A DNA stretch of 64,000 nt from Trichoplax adhaerens (Eukaryota > Animalia > Placozoa): NCBI RefSeq assembly GCF_000150275.1, contig NW_002060947.1:7611880-7675879 (forward strand). Direction: 5' to 3'. Position numbers and translations under genes: made by a program. Of this stretch, positions 40,301 through 52,278 are shown piece by piece (position 1 is the stretch's first letter; each line of letters begins with the position of its first letter). The notes under the pieces were generated by a model, which was given only the letters and a program-made list of their open reading frames with translations, did not search any database and was not told the DNA's origin.

Positions 40301-43300
40301 GAATCCAGTCTCTACCTACTTAACACTTCTTTCGCAATAATAACCATCTTTCCAAGAACAAAATTTTTAAAATTTGCTATTCTCACTCTAGGTTACATTG
40401 TCATGGTGATAATTTACATCAATCAAGCAAATATGATAAAAAATTTTCTAAAAACTGCTATCACGAAGTTACTGGAGGCCTCATCAAAAGCAAACAGGAT
40501 TTTGATAAATACTGTAAATTTTAGTAACTACAATTAGCTGAAAAATGCTAGCAACAGAATAGATTAGATGGATGGAACATTAGTCCATATAATTGATGCT
40601 ACCGTTATGTAACTACTACTTCAATTACTAACAAAAACGGTTTCAAATTTAGGTAATCAAGCATTGTTCAAGCAGCTTCTACAAGATGCTCATTCCGTGG
40701 ATACATTAAAGCCTCCTCAACCCGCATTACAAGATGATGCAGTTGCAAAGTAAATACCAATTATTACCACACTTCTACAACATGTATCAACTCTACACTA
40801 TAATTTATTATTATTAATTTAGTGATATTAAATTGATTTTGAAATATTCATCCTATATCCTAATATCAATAGGTGATATTTAATAGCTGTTTCGTTTTAA
40901 TTTAATTTTACTTCATACAACCAACAGCCGTGAAGGTATTTGTGACACGTTTATTAGTACCTTCTCTGGATTGACAAAATATTATACATTGATCAGGTAA
41001 AAAAAGAAATGTGACTAAAAAACTTATAGATAGGCATTAGTAAAACAGATTTCACTAAAGTTAGTATATCTAATCATTGTGATTTTACAAAAGTAAGTTA
41101 TCATTATAATTTGATAGTGGTCAGCGTTGCTGTAGCATCCTTGGATCACGCCAATGCCTCGAGAAGGGCAAGTAAGTATTTTTAGTAAATGTACTATCTT
41201 AGCAGCATCTGGAACTTACAGTAGCAGTAGTATTACGGTTACTTAATGATTAATTGAAATTGTCTTGAGATTTCTTAAATACAATGGACACTAATCAATT
41301 AGAAAGATAAATCTTCAATAAATTATAGAAGCAAAGTTAACTTTCTAAAAGCCTTATATCATCCAAGAGCTACTAATAAATTTTGCGCTATTCTTCCTAA
41401 ATCTATGCAGCCTACCTTTTTGTACTTTATTTAAATTAATACTATATATGGCAGAGAGTTCGAGGAATCAGTGGTAACAAAGTCAGTTGCTATTAAGAGA
41501 TTGACATAAACTATTTATTAGAAAGATCTCTTTGTTATAGACTTTCAACATGTAATAATGAGGCAGTTAATAAAGAATAGAGCGCATGTTTGTCGTGGCA
41601 ATGTTATGTAAGAAGCGCTAACACTTAGGGCTATTGCAGTTATTGAGATCTGAGTCAAAAGTCAGCAGTATTTGCAACTTTGAAGATGGAATACGTACAG
41701 AAAGTAACATTGTAGAACCAAATCGATACATGCCAAAATTTTCGATGGCAAAGCGAATATGATAATTAAATAATAAAAATTAAAATAACTACAATATATT
41801 TTAATCTAAGCTAAAATCAATGACTTATAGCGTACATCTATGAAACTTGTTTACGATTGAATACTTACCGTATAAACTTGAATTACTAATTGCTGTTCCT
41901 TAGGGTGATTCATTTTAGCTATAATGCAAAGTTCTGATATTATTTTACTGGTAAATGGAAATTTCCAATCATTTTACATTTGAAATTTAATATAATCATT
42001 CATTCATTATACTAGCGGCATAGAAGTTAAAAACACTTCTCGGCAAGACCATCTCTACGATCGTATTGTTTCCAAATTATCTGTTAATCAAAGTCTTTTC
42101 ACCTACCGTCTACAGCATCGGATAGGTAATGAGCTAATATATATGAATGGTTTATTTCTTTGTCGCTCAATTTAGAATTTCGAAACTCCTTTAATGAATA
42201 CATTAATGTATCTTTTAACAATTTTAGTCCTTTCTGCTGGTTTTTATACTAACATACTTTACAATATTGACAATTAGGAACATACTACTCCTTCCTAGTT
42301 ACAAAGCCGATCATCATCGGTAAATCAAACAAATTTCTTCGGGCAGGTAAATTTTGAGTATTTCAGTAGTTCACATAAGACCAAATTGGAAACGGTATTT
42401 AATAACTTGGCAAAAATGAAATCCGTCGATAAATCATTTACTACTTTCTGAGCTAATTAATGATTGTATTCTTGTCAGTGGCCGGTATGGAAATGACATT
42501 TCGACGATTTCGCTCCATTATTACATCCGTTCCATTATTGGTAAAATAATATATTATTTAAAATAATTTTATCTCATATATTTGATAGCAAGCTTTAATT
42601 TCTTTTCCTAGAACGAAAATCCAACATTAAACTGTTTCAATTTAACTAATAAAAATAAGGTAGAAATGTTTATAAACAAAAGTCTAATAATAAAATTTTT
42701 TCTAGTGGATTGGAAAAACTGTTTTTGAAATTAATTTAGTACTCCTTTCCTGATGTATTGATCAACGTCCACATTTTTGTTACGTTAGGGGATGACATGC
42801 TTTATTTTAGACGAAAATGCTTTTGTCTTAGATACCAATTTAGAAATAGCAGAGGTAACATTTTTCAAAATACTTTCATGCAATACTGCTTAGAAAACAT
42901 ATGTCGTACAATCCACGAATATGTTTATTTCCTTTACTTAACAAGATTGGAAAGTCCTTGGCCATCGTGGATAATCAATTGCTAGAAAGCTTAATTGCAC
43001 ACGATGTCTATACTAGGTGATTATATTAAACACAAATCCAATAGTGAGCAGTGGAAACAGTCAAATATAACAAAGATGACTTGAACTACTTCATCGAAAT
43101 TCAAGAATTATCGAAAATATACAAAATGTACAGTATGCATGTTGTCAAAAATTGACGATATAATGATTGTTATATCCTTGTAGAAATATCATATGGGATT
43201 ACCAAGGAGTATGTTCTAATGCTCAGACTTCCAATTCCGCCTCAAGGATTATGAATGTAAATAAGATTATCTAGTAATTTTACTATAGCAGGATACTTAT

Positions 43301-46026
43301 CAGTATTTTCTTTCTATTATATTAACTCCTGGTAGCCGGTTATATCGGTTTTCAACTATTTCTCAATATTTACCACATCCTTCTTCAGGCATGTAAATCT
43401 TGACTTTGAAAATTTTGATCAAAGTCATCAATATGAACCATAATTAAAAGTTGCAAATCGCATTTACTTCCGAATATTTAATTTGGAATATTATATTTAA
43501 TAATTGCAGCTTCTTGACAAATTTTAATATGGCGAGGTAGCTATTCAGGATGGCTCCGAAACGATTTTATTTCAATTCATTACTAAGATTACTTTGACTT
43601 TTTCGCAATTGATATACCATCTTAATTATTCCTTTTTTTGTGTAGCGTATTAACTTATCTTGGATCATTCCTCTATGGAAAAGGTAAAGTATAACTAAAA
43701 TAATATAAGCATGATTTCATAAGAATATTATTAAAAGCTACACATATAGCAGATAACGCTACTTGAAAGTTAAGCTGGTAATTTTGATTTTACACTGCAG
43801 CATCTATTCATACACTTTAGATCTTATGCATGTTATGAACTTAATTAGACATTGCAGCAGATATATTGTCCGAAATAATTATAGTACATCATACCGTAGA
43901 CCTGTCTTAATCAATTTAAGCAGCAATTAGTATCACGCTAGGAACACTTCCACTACTATCATATATAGCATTCAGTGATATATTTCAACTTTAAACAGAG
44001 GATGTAACTGCTATTTATCTTGACTAATTAGCTGATGGTGCTTATATCGACATTCGGCCGGATAATAGAAGTTGTATGTACATACGTCAATTTATTTTGG
44101 CTGGAACACATGCAACTAGTAGAATCGCCGGTAAGTTAGCCTAATTCGTTATTAAAACACATAGTAAACCAGCTAAACAATACCTACGTTAATAAATGTG
44201 ATTTAAAGCCCTAAATTTGAATTGAAAAGTGATCAAATTTTTAGTGAGATGAATCATTTTAAATTTCTTAATTTATTCGGAAAAAATTGCATTCCTTTTT
44301 GGTTTTATTTAGGCAATATTACCTGCAATTCTGATAATAGCACGTAAGCTCTTAAATTTTCTATTGAAGTTAATTCAATCTTGTCAGCAAAGTCTAGATT
44401 TAGTAAATTTCATGAAGCATAAAAAATAATTAAATTTTATTTTCAGGAGAGCATTTTTTATCAGTCCAATTAACAACACTAACTTAAAGTTAGTCATAGT
44501 GGAAGAAAGCAAGTCTGAGCTGTGCAATAACAATAGCGTGGTTTATTCACCATCAACAGTTGATATCCTCTTATCATTCTCTAACTTTATAATTTAACAG
44601 TTATAGAGACGTCCATAGTAAATAAGAAGTTCTACCCTAAAATAATTGTATGGTTTTTTTTTCATTGTTCCTGACAACAGTTGATGTAGCCATTGAAGAG
44701 CTATAACAAGCATCAGGATTTGCCTTGAGCTGTTATGTAGTATTTGCTTTAAACTCATTATGATCAAAGAAACATCAAACCTGAGACACTCATATATGCA
44801 ACTCGAAGAAGTAAAATCACCGAAGTTCATTCTTGAAAACTCGCAGTAAAAGTGTGAATATCACTTGTAGCATAAAATAGAAGTGCAAAAATCGATTTCA
44901 ATCAAATATAAATGAGCTTTTCTAATAAAATAAAATTAAAGTAAATGCTTTTCTATACATATAGCTAGTTGAATTACCTTAAATAGGAATGCCAACCTCG
45001 CGCATGAGATGAAGCAAACGCGAAGGCGATTATTATGAAAAATTTATATAACAGTTAAAACCTACACTAGTTACTTTGGTAGATTTTATACTTAACTATC
45101 ACTGTATTTAGGAATTTTATGATATAATGTTATACTATGTGTTTCATCATCAAAGTTGATAATTATTCTTAACAGTCTGTACCGACAGCAGAACAAATTA
45201 AAAATCGAACTTGTACAGAAGATGGAAATTATAGAAAAGGACCTGAATTCTGCTTTAAAAAGATTACTCCGGTAAGTGCGCTATATCGTTAGCGTATCTA
45301 TTGTGTATCACTATTTAGATTAATACAGTACTAATAAGCGTATTGAAGCTTCATATTACTCTTAATTAGCATGGGAGACAAGAAATTGAACGCGTAGTTG
45401 AAGTTATTATAAAACTAATTACTTATTCGTAGTCCCTCCTTATTGTATTGAAAAACGGGGGCTATATCATGTACGTGCGCCGTTCAAACTTACAACCTAA
45501 TGTAAAATACAAGTTTGTTTAACAGTGGATTCATTATTTTCAGCAGCATAATCCACAATTAACATGCAAAGCTAACAAATATAGAATAACACCTTTGTAA
45601 AATACTATAAACAATCAATCATGATTATTATTATGTGATCAGCGACAATCATAAGTTTGTAACATACTAAATTTCAGGTAATATCGAATTAACTTCAACA
45701 CATGATAGCTCTCTTAAATATGCTATACTGACTTATGCTGTAGATAGTAATCCATCGGATTAAATGTGCAATCTAACAAATATAGCGTAATATATAATAG
45801 TATTTATTGACATAGCCTATGTTATATAACTATTTGTAAAACAATGACATACTATATTCGTTTCCAGATTATCAATAACTTACGCGAATTTCTAGTTTTA
45901 ATTTATTGGTCAATTTTTGATTAGGTTCCAACAAAAGGATGTAGCTCTGCATTGGCCAACTTTAACAGGAACGATATTTTACTATGCTGTATTTTAGCAG
46001 TGTTATTGAATTTCATCGCTATGTAA
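34350..46026 (+). CDS. CACNA2D: Voltage-dependent calcium channel auxiliary subunit alpha2delta (CACNA2D family), many small exons
   Basis: Signal-peptide exon MMSQQRKFLTTVAFLAFIGIFNSHVIRG; family motifs VIQIPTNVY, QYFGGNDGVFRTFPG, YDCRQRGWY, SPKNVIILIDRSGSM (VWA MIDAS), CQEAIVLFTDG, WTSVYWD, LLGVMATDVP, GYAFVIDNNGLVLFHP, CFILDENAFV, DYQGVC, NTNL, YRKGPEFCF; terminal exon 45925-46026 VPTKGCSSALANFNRNDILLCCILAVLLNFIAM* (GPI-type tail). Subtype number not assignable. Confidence 0.95.
43389..43509 (+). other. GC-AG intron in the alpha2delta gene
   Basis: The AG|GCATGT donor keeps the frame (FFSFLTNFNMA); the nearby GT at 43393 leads to TAA in the next exon. Confidence 0.7.
44563..45182 (+). other. 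U12-type (minor spliceosome) AT-AC intron in the alpha2delta gene
   Basis: Donor ATATCCTCT at 44563, branch site TTCTTAAC at 45166-45173, AC acceptor at 45181-45182; splicing joins ...SPSTV-A-TAEQIKNRTC...YRKGP in frame. Confidence 0.85.
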
Positions 46027-48018
46027 AGCTATCAGTGTATGCTTGATAGATAATATTTTATATCAACTGCAGCAGGGCCATTTTTCTTTTGGCAGTTACA
46101 TTTATACAATTTCCAAGTCAAACTAATGTGTACAGTATATGAGGTGGTATATTTGTTAAAAATTGTAGTGAAGATCATTTTACTTACGCATTATATTATT
46201 ACTACAGTATTTACTGTTATCATTCAACACGACTGGGTAATGGTTGCCAGTTCAAGATTTAGATGGTCAATTTACAGTTCCTTTTTTTGCTATTTGTGAT
46301 TGAATTTCAAAGATTCATTTTTTTATTGCTACAGTATAATAGAACAAACCTCAACATTGCATATTTAGTGTATTAACTAAACCGTGTCATTTTAGATTAT
46401 CATGGATTGATTTCATGTCAATATTAGTATTAGTATAACTTTATTGTTCATGTTCTTAGAATATGCTTACATGGTATACTACTCATCTAAGTTATGGCGT
46501 TATTAGAGGAAAGTTGGAATTGGTAGATTGACTGGATTGCCTTTAGTAGGATGAATTTTTGATTGCTATCGTTTGTAATACCAAAAAATTGTTATTGATG
46601 GCAATTGAATAGTATGCACGACAGTAAAATAAAATATCCAAGTTGGCGGTGTGATTCTAATCGTACCCATATCTTATTCGTATCAACGTCAACGGGAAAC
46701 TTACCCTCCTTAGTTTTTCAACCTGGATAGATATGCCGTGCTTGCTATCCATGATTGATGATCTATGCGTACCATCGTTAGTATTGAAGTATATAATTCA
46801 TAGATATAACTACCCATAACAGAGTAGAAGATTATCATAAAATAATAACTTTATAGAACGCTGAAATTAGCGCCACACCTATGAATTACATATAGAGAAG
46901 TGGACTCTATTACAGCAGCATCGCACTCGCTGATGTCTCTATATTATTCATTCTAACCAAGGTGCGCCAATATACTTGATTTAGGCTACTTAACGAAATT
47001 CTAGGTCATAATATTGATAACAAAAACTAATTTCGTCCATGCAGTAATATTGTGGCACTGACTCACTTTCATTAAAGCACTGCTCTATACAGTATGCACA
47101 TACTAGGCTATCTTTCGAGTAGTCCTTGGTAAGTACATTATCGCCGATTGTGTATCACCAAACTACCATGAAGATAGCTTTTCATTTCATAGCATACAGC
47201 ACAGTATATCTCTATCCTGTCGTGCAGAGCAACGAAAGACTCACTGAGTGAGTTTTAAAGAGATACCTCATTTCTTTTTTTATGACACTACTGGACATTT
47301 TATACTCCGTATTTACTAACTACATACAGTACTGGAAAAATGAGTGTGTTACGTTTTGGAAACTCCTCTACTTTGTAATAAAAGTCCAACAGAATAAGTT
47401 ACAGTTGTAGTGAGCTTATAATATAGAAACTTTATCAACATAGCTAAGGAAAAGTTTCATTTCGTCGCAGAGAGGGATGGCCAGTGCAGCGAAATAACCA
47501 GCAAAAATACATTAGTCGACTTAATGCAGCGCTTGTTTAGTGCCCATCCTTTTCAGTCCTGTGATCATCAACGAGCGAGGGTCTACTAGTAATCATGATC
47601 ACAGGACTGTAGTGATCGATTTCTCTTCATTGATCAATCGATGATGATGATAGAGGATCCGATACTCTTCTATACTGTACCTTGTACAGAAATGGATGGT
47701 TGATAAAAACAATCTACCGTGTGAATATTGCAGTAGCAAGATAAAAATGGCTTAGCGTGTCCTACTGTCATTTCGCCAACGTCAGATACAATACACTACT
47801 TGAACGGTGCATCTCATCAGCGATGCCTACAGATAAAATTTCACCCCAAAAGTCAAGAAGTCATCACAGTGTCCAATAGCGAAATGTCCCCGTTGAAAAA
47901 AGAAGTTTTAATTCATTTTGATCTACTTTACTTTAGTAGTCCAATATGATGGACGGGGCCGGGAGGAGAAGACCTAGTTTGCATCGTTTGCAAAGGTCTG
48001 CTGCAGACTTTTTGAGGA

Positions 48019-48390
48019 GGCGGACAGACATTTGGACTCATTTCGACTATACTACTCCAGTTACAGTACATAGAGGGACTGTACAGTCTACAATGCATCG
48101 AATACAGTACAATGTACTGTAATACTGTACGGTACTGGCGGACAGACATATGGATTCATTTCGACTATAACACTATTACAGTAGTGGTGTAGTAGTGTAC
48201 AGTGTACAGTACTGTCCAGTACAGTACATAGAGGGGTTGTACTGTACACTGTACAGTCTACAGTCTACTGTACAGTTTACAATGCATCACATACAGTACA
48301 ATGTACTCATTTCGACTACGACACGACTACTGTAGCGGTGTACAGTACTGTACAGTACTGTACTGTACAGTGTACAGTGTACAGTAGAGT
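48019..48390. repeat. Low-complexity (TACAG/CTGTA/GTAC)n tract with about three degenerate direct units, upstream of PINX1
   Basis: GGCGGACAGACAT.TGGA.TCATTTCGACTAT at 48019 and 48138, ACTCATTTCGACTAC at 48305, separated by runs of TACAGT/TGTACA/AGTACT. Confidence 0.85.
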
Positions 48391-48649
48391 CCATGGGCTC
48401 CTCAATAGCAAGAGTCAAATGGCTACTGCACTGCGCACGTGCAAAAAATACGCTCATGACATCGCACATGCAGCCGCTAATCCCATACTCTAGACTGCTC
48501 GATATCCCATCTAGTAGCTCACGCCCATACCAATAGTATACAATCGATTTCCAAACATAACATGAAAAGAAATCATACTGTAGTAGGTGATCCAAATTGC
48601 AAGGAAAGACTTCCATTTTGCTCAGCAACGCCTTCCATTCCACAGCAAA

Positions 48650-51271
48650 ATGATGTCAGAAAATAGAAGCAAGCCCAACTGGAGTAGTGATCCACGTAAT
48701 ACGGCTTGGAGTCAAGGTAATAATTTATGAAATGAGTAGATCCAACTGTTTCTCATGCCACATCAATACCATTCGGAGTGTAAGCTGCTGTACTCCATCT
48801 CCATGCCAATGCTAACTGCTTCAAAGTTGGAGGAGGACAAGATTGAACAAGATGGTCTGATCGATGGTGTTTGTTTTGCTAATGAAGAACTGTTGCCGTC
48901 ATCCGATGGCAAAGATGCAATCGTTCAATTCATTTCAAGTCATCACTTGATATAGCCAGGAAGTAGCATTGACAACGAATGAGCTTGAATGCGACGGGGT
49001 CGTTTAACTTACATTATCATTATCAATAACAATTTGCATAACTATCCTTTGATGGGTCGACTAATCACAATCCGCCAATCTTGTGATTGCTCAATTGCTC
49101 ATGCATGGCAGTTAAAGAATCATTTCCTACGTGGAAATGGTCACTTGCTCCATCATGTTACTCTCGGCCGCATGGAGTTGTTCGTATACTTTCAATCCAT
49201 TCTTTAGTATAAAAATAATATTGCTCAACTAGGATACTTTTGCAATTGAATACTAGTGTAGAAATGTTGACTAATGTCGTTCCTTATTCTTACAATAGCT
49301 TCATTCATACTCTACGTAAACATCACTTGATGCTAATACCACAGAATCATCCACATTATACTGGAATGAGTGTAATATTTGCCTTATGCCTAGAGATGTG
49401 CTTGAGCCATTATTTGGCGATATACTATAGGAGCCTAATACGTTGATTTTAGTACGTACAGTGCAGTGCTCTAATGGAAAAGTAGCATGAGGGAAAGGCT
49501 ACGTGTAAAATACTACCTGATTCAACTTTCAATATGTCCCTAGCGTTAAATGCAATATGCGCTGCACATCGGTACTGTATCTCTCTTTCACCTACGATAA
49601 ATTTCTCTACTAAATATACGTAACCTTATCTCATGATGCTGCGAGTAGCATATTATACGAGTTACTCCTACTTTATCATTTCTGTTGGCTATTCATGATG
49701 TTATCGTATCCATCGTAGAACAAATAGATTGGGATAAACTTTGTTACTTCGGATAAAAATTTAAAATATTGATAACGAGCCTTATACCCTGAGTATTCTT
49801 ATTTTTTAATATACTTATGATGTCTATTCTATACTATTTCTTTAGATACGAACAAATTTGGTTATCGAATGTTAAATAAAATGGGTTGGTCAGCTGGCAA
49901 AGGGTTAGGCATAAAAGAAGATGGTGATAGTGGCCATATCAAGATTAAAATAAAAAATAATAATTTAGGTAATAATAATAATAGCAACGAATGCTTCAAA
50001 TTGGATAGAACAGCGATCAATCTATTTTCATCTATGAAATAAGATCAAAAAGTCTTGACAGCTTCTTTTCAAAGTACCAGTACAATAATTGACTACTTTC
50101 TTATGCTCTCTCGATATGTTCGTGCTGTACTGTATGTACTCGTACTTGCGTAGCTATAGCAGCCCAACTAGCCTTGCATAACAAATAGACAAAATTGCCA
50201 ATGATATAGTCTATGAAGAGCATTTATTCGAATGCTGAAAGAACTCTACTTTTTCAGGGGTAGGTGCTAATGTCAACAATTGTTCGGATTGGACAAAACA
50301 GCAAGATGATTTCAGTGTTCTTCTTTCGAATCTAAATAATGTTCATGGCCAGACAACTACAGGTAAATAGCAAAATACTGTATAAATTCTGGCTTATCAT
50401 ATTTCAATATTTATTGCTATTGTACTGTTTCTTATACGAGAAATTGAAATTAACTTCGGTCAAGAGTGATGTTATATAGAGATGTTTGATATCATATTAA
50501 AGTACCGCACACTTCATATCGACACTGCCATAGATAACGATGAAGCTAACGAAACAGCTAACAACAGCATTTTTAGGATGGCTGAGCTCAATGGAAAGAA
50601 AGCCAAGTAAGAAACTTTCAATCCGAAATTTGAATGTTCTTTTTCCTATTTACACTACACTGATAATCGCTCATCTATTTAGGTATCATAAAGTTTTAAA
50701 ATGCAAAGACGTACAAAATTATTCTAAAACTGATTTAACGTGTATATTTGGAAGAAGCCATAGCAGTCCAGAACTTTCGTCGGTTTGTGAATAATATACT
50801 TAAGCAATGAATGTAACAGTACATCTTGATATCGCATTATTGAAGTGATCAATCATCTACCATTCTGCCATGATATGAAGTACAACTTTAAATTTAAAAA
50901 AACTCTTTTTTTATTTATAGATGGCTAAATGTTCTAATCCATCAAAAGATTCAAATGATAAAAATTTTGGTGTCAAGACAATATCAAGTCAAATGAATTT
51001 AAAAGAGTATTTTGCTTCGAAAAGCCAAAATAAATTAGATGAGCCTAGAAAGAAAGCGAAACTGATCCCCTGTAAAGAAGAATCTGACGATTCGATTGAT
51101 TCTAGAGCAGTTAGCTTTAAATTATATGATGACGAGGATACAAATGAATCAAATCAGTTCACTGATAAAAGAAACAGCAAGGATTGCGCGAATAGAAGTA
51201 AAATATCCTCAAAAAAGAAAAAACGAAAGGAGAAAAGGAAGAATAAAAAAATAAAAAAATCTTCCAAATAA
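48650..51271 (+). CDS. PINX1: PIN2/TERF1-interacting telomerase inhibitor 1 (G-patch protein, Pxr1/Gno1 orthologue), about 6 exons
   Basis: Exon 1 (48650-48716) MMSENRSKPNWSSDPRNTAWSQ; exon 2 from 49846 DTNKFGYRMLNKMGWSAGKGLGIKEDGDSGHIKIKIKNNNLG (G-patch); then DWTKQQDDFSVLLSNLN, YHKVLKCKDVQNYSKTDLTCIFG, MNLKEYFASK and a Lys-rich C-terminus. These match PINX1 hallmarks. Confidence 0.93.
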
Positions 51272-51671
51272 ATATCAAGTAGCAATTACTTTAACATATA
51301 TATACAAGGCATCAGGAGTATTTTCGTTTTTTTCGCACATCAACAGTTATGTAACTAGAAAACTACTGATACAGCATTCATATTTGTAAATATTTTCATC
51401 ATCCTATATATTGCTAAATCCAGCATCAAATGTGTTACAAATATTTTTAAATGCTACTATCGATACCAGAAATAAATCTATTTTTAAAAGTAATTTGCTA
51501 AAACTACTAGCGTTACTGACTACTTTGCCCAGCAATTTTGAAACATCTTGCCACAGCTTAAGTTTAGAGATCAAAGTTGTCGTAGAATTCATTTGCTTTG
51601 CATTAAGTTTTATCTACAATCGAACTTGCAAAGTAAATTAGCTAGGTACACAGGCTAGCTGTTTATAACAT

Positions 51672-52217
51672 TCATGATAGATAGCTCTGTAAATTCGCTA
51701 AATTATTAGCATCAATTTGCTCATGGCCATCAAGGTTAGCTGTATCTTGCAACAGCTTACACATAAAATTAATATAATAGATAGATAATTTTAAGGTATC
51801 GATTTTAGATAGTTTAGTCTCGTAAGAGAAAGTTGGTAAGTGTTGGCGTAAAGTATCGAAAGCACTATTCATAACATTCATACGTCTCCTTTCGCGATTA
51901 TTAGCTGCTTCACGTTGTTCACCGGTTGGAGGCTTACGTTTTCGTCTCCTCGCCATAGTTGGCGTTGTGGCCGATTTCTTGGCAGGTCTATTGCTAAAGA
52001 TTGAGGAAGGAGGTTGTCGTGTGGAGGATATCCTTATTGCACGTTCGGTTAAGTCGCCTTGATCGGAATTGAAAGTTGTGGTAGGAGAAATGAAGTAAAT
52101 GCTATCTAGATCAACAAAACTATTCTCAATCACGTGTGTTATAGTTGCAGCATTTGCTTGATTTAATTCCATATCGATTATATCGAAATCTAAGTTAGTA
52201 TCAAATTGATCCGCCAT
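51672..52217 (-). CDS. Single-exon group A bHLH transcription factor, PTF1/Fer family (closest to PTFb: Fer2/Fer3/FERD3L-like)
   Basis: b[59 protein letters not shown] with the PTF-type loop PTFxYE, preceded by basic RRKRK. Confidence 0.9.
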   Translation of the reverse strand: MADQFDTNLDFDIIDMELNQANAATITHVIENSFVDLDSIYFISPTTTFNSDQGDLTERAIRISSTRQPPSSIFSNRPAKKSATTPTMARRRKRKPPTGEQREAANNRERRRMNVMNSAFDTLRQHLPTFSYETKLSKIDTLKLSIYYINFMCKLLQDTANLDGHEQIDANNLANLQSYLS

Positions 52218-52270
52218 CTGGATTTAGTAGACTGCAGTTATTCTACTTGAGGACACAGAATTTTTAACAG

Positions 52271-52278
52271 TATTTATA
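52271..52278 (-). promoter_or_regulatory. Candidate TATA box (TATAAATA) of the bHLH gene
   Basis: Consensus TATA on the minus strand about 55-60 bp upstream of the ATG; the AT-rich background lowers specificity. Confidence 0.45.

Noticed and set aside
45925-46026. Possible frameshift in the alpha2delta terminal exon
   Set aside because: Recounting shows phase 0 is open through CSS to the hydrophobic tail and TAA; no frameshift.
47690-47760. CxxC-containing peptide (LPCEYCSSKIKMA) suggesting a transposase zinc ribbon
   Set aside because: Too short, followed by stops, and no other transposase motifs or terminal repeats seen.
48019-48390. Spaced direct repeats resembling a CRISPR array
   Set aside because: Eukaryotic context, only about three degenerate units, low-complexity spacers of irregular length, no cas genes.
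47928-48643. Minus-strand ORFs 47928-48149 and 48287-48643
   Set aside because: Largely translations of the TACAG low-complexity tract and PINX1 promoter; no recognisable domain.
17611-51271. Telomerase-themed cluster (TEP1-like genes, PINX1, TTAGGG dimer)
   Set aside because: The NACHT genes lack TEP1's TROVE and WD40 regions, and PINX1 is mainly a ribosome-biogenesis factor; proximity is probably coincidental.
51404-51641. Overlapping short ORFs between PINX1 and the bHLH gene
   Set aside because: They lie in the 3' UTR space of two convergent genes and show no protein features.
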